Shown: in pieces, positions 63,881 to 64,000 of the stretch | Position numbering within the stretch: the first letter of the stretch is position 1 | Layout: every line of letters begins with the position of its first letter | Assembly: GCA_964016885.1 (NCBI GenBank) | Contig: OZ024742.1 | Coordinates: 36,890,001-36,954,000 of the forward strand | Reading direction: 5' to 3' | DNA from: Eledone cirrhosa | Taxonomy: Eukaryota | DNA length: 64,000 nucleotides | Made by a program: the position numbers and the translations under genes | The notes under the pieces: generated by a model | Told to the model about the DNA's origin: nothing | Database searches by the model: none | What the model saw: the letters and a program-made list of their open reading frames with translations, nothing else

Positions 63881-64000
63881 TCTCTAATACATATACATAC
63901 ATATATATATATATATATATACATATATATATACATATACATATATATATACATATACATATATACATATATATGTACATATACATATATATATACATAT

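Overview
AT-rich, microsatellite- and transposon-dense eukaryotic genomic DNA. The tRNA-derived SINEs, RTE LINEs with (GAT)n tails and abundant (TA)n suggest a cephalopod such as Octopus; this assignment is an inference. Two spliced + strand host genes are readable. The first is a phase-consistent 9-coding-exon RAP1/TERF2IP-like telomere gene (14374-33634, 477 aa by my exon arithmetic) with Myb and RCT domains but no visible BRCT domain. The second is the first coding exon of a RING-HC/TRIM-like gene (55723-55985). The rest is repeats: three co-oriented CRE-clade LINE 3' ends, RTE/Tx1/CR1 fragments (two RTEs 5'-inverted), a non-autonomous LTR element with a tRNA-Trp PBS, a solo LTR, MITEs, satellites and a 4.8-kb direct-plus-inverted duplication. 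The most unusual signal is a set of Penelope-type hammerhead ribozyme motifs beside (TA)n tracts, including three fold-back palindromes centred on hammerhead stem II in which the CUGANGA half of the core is replaced by an inverted copy of the 3' half. All identifications were made by eye, with no database searches.
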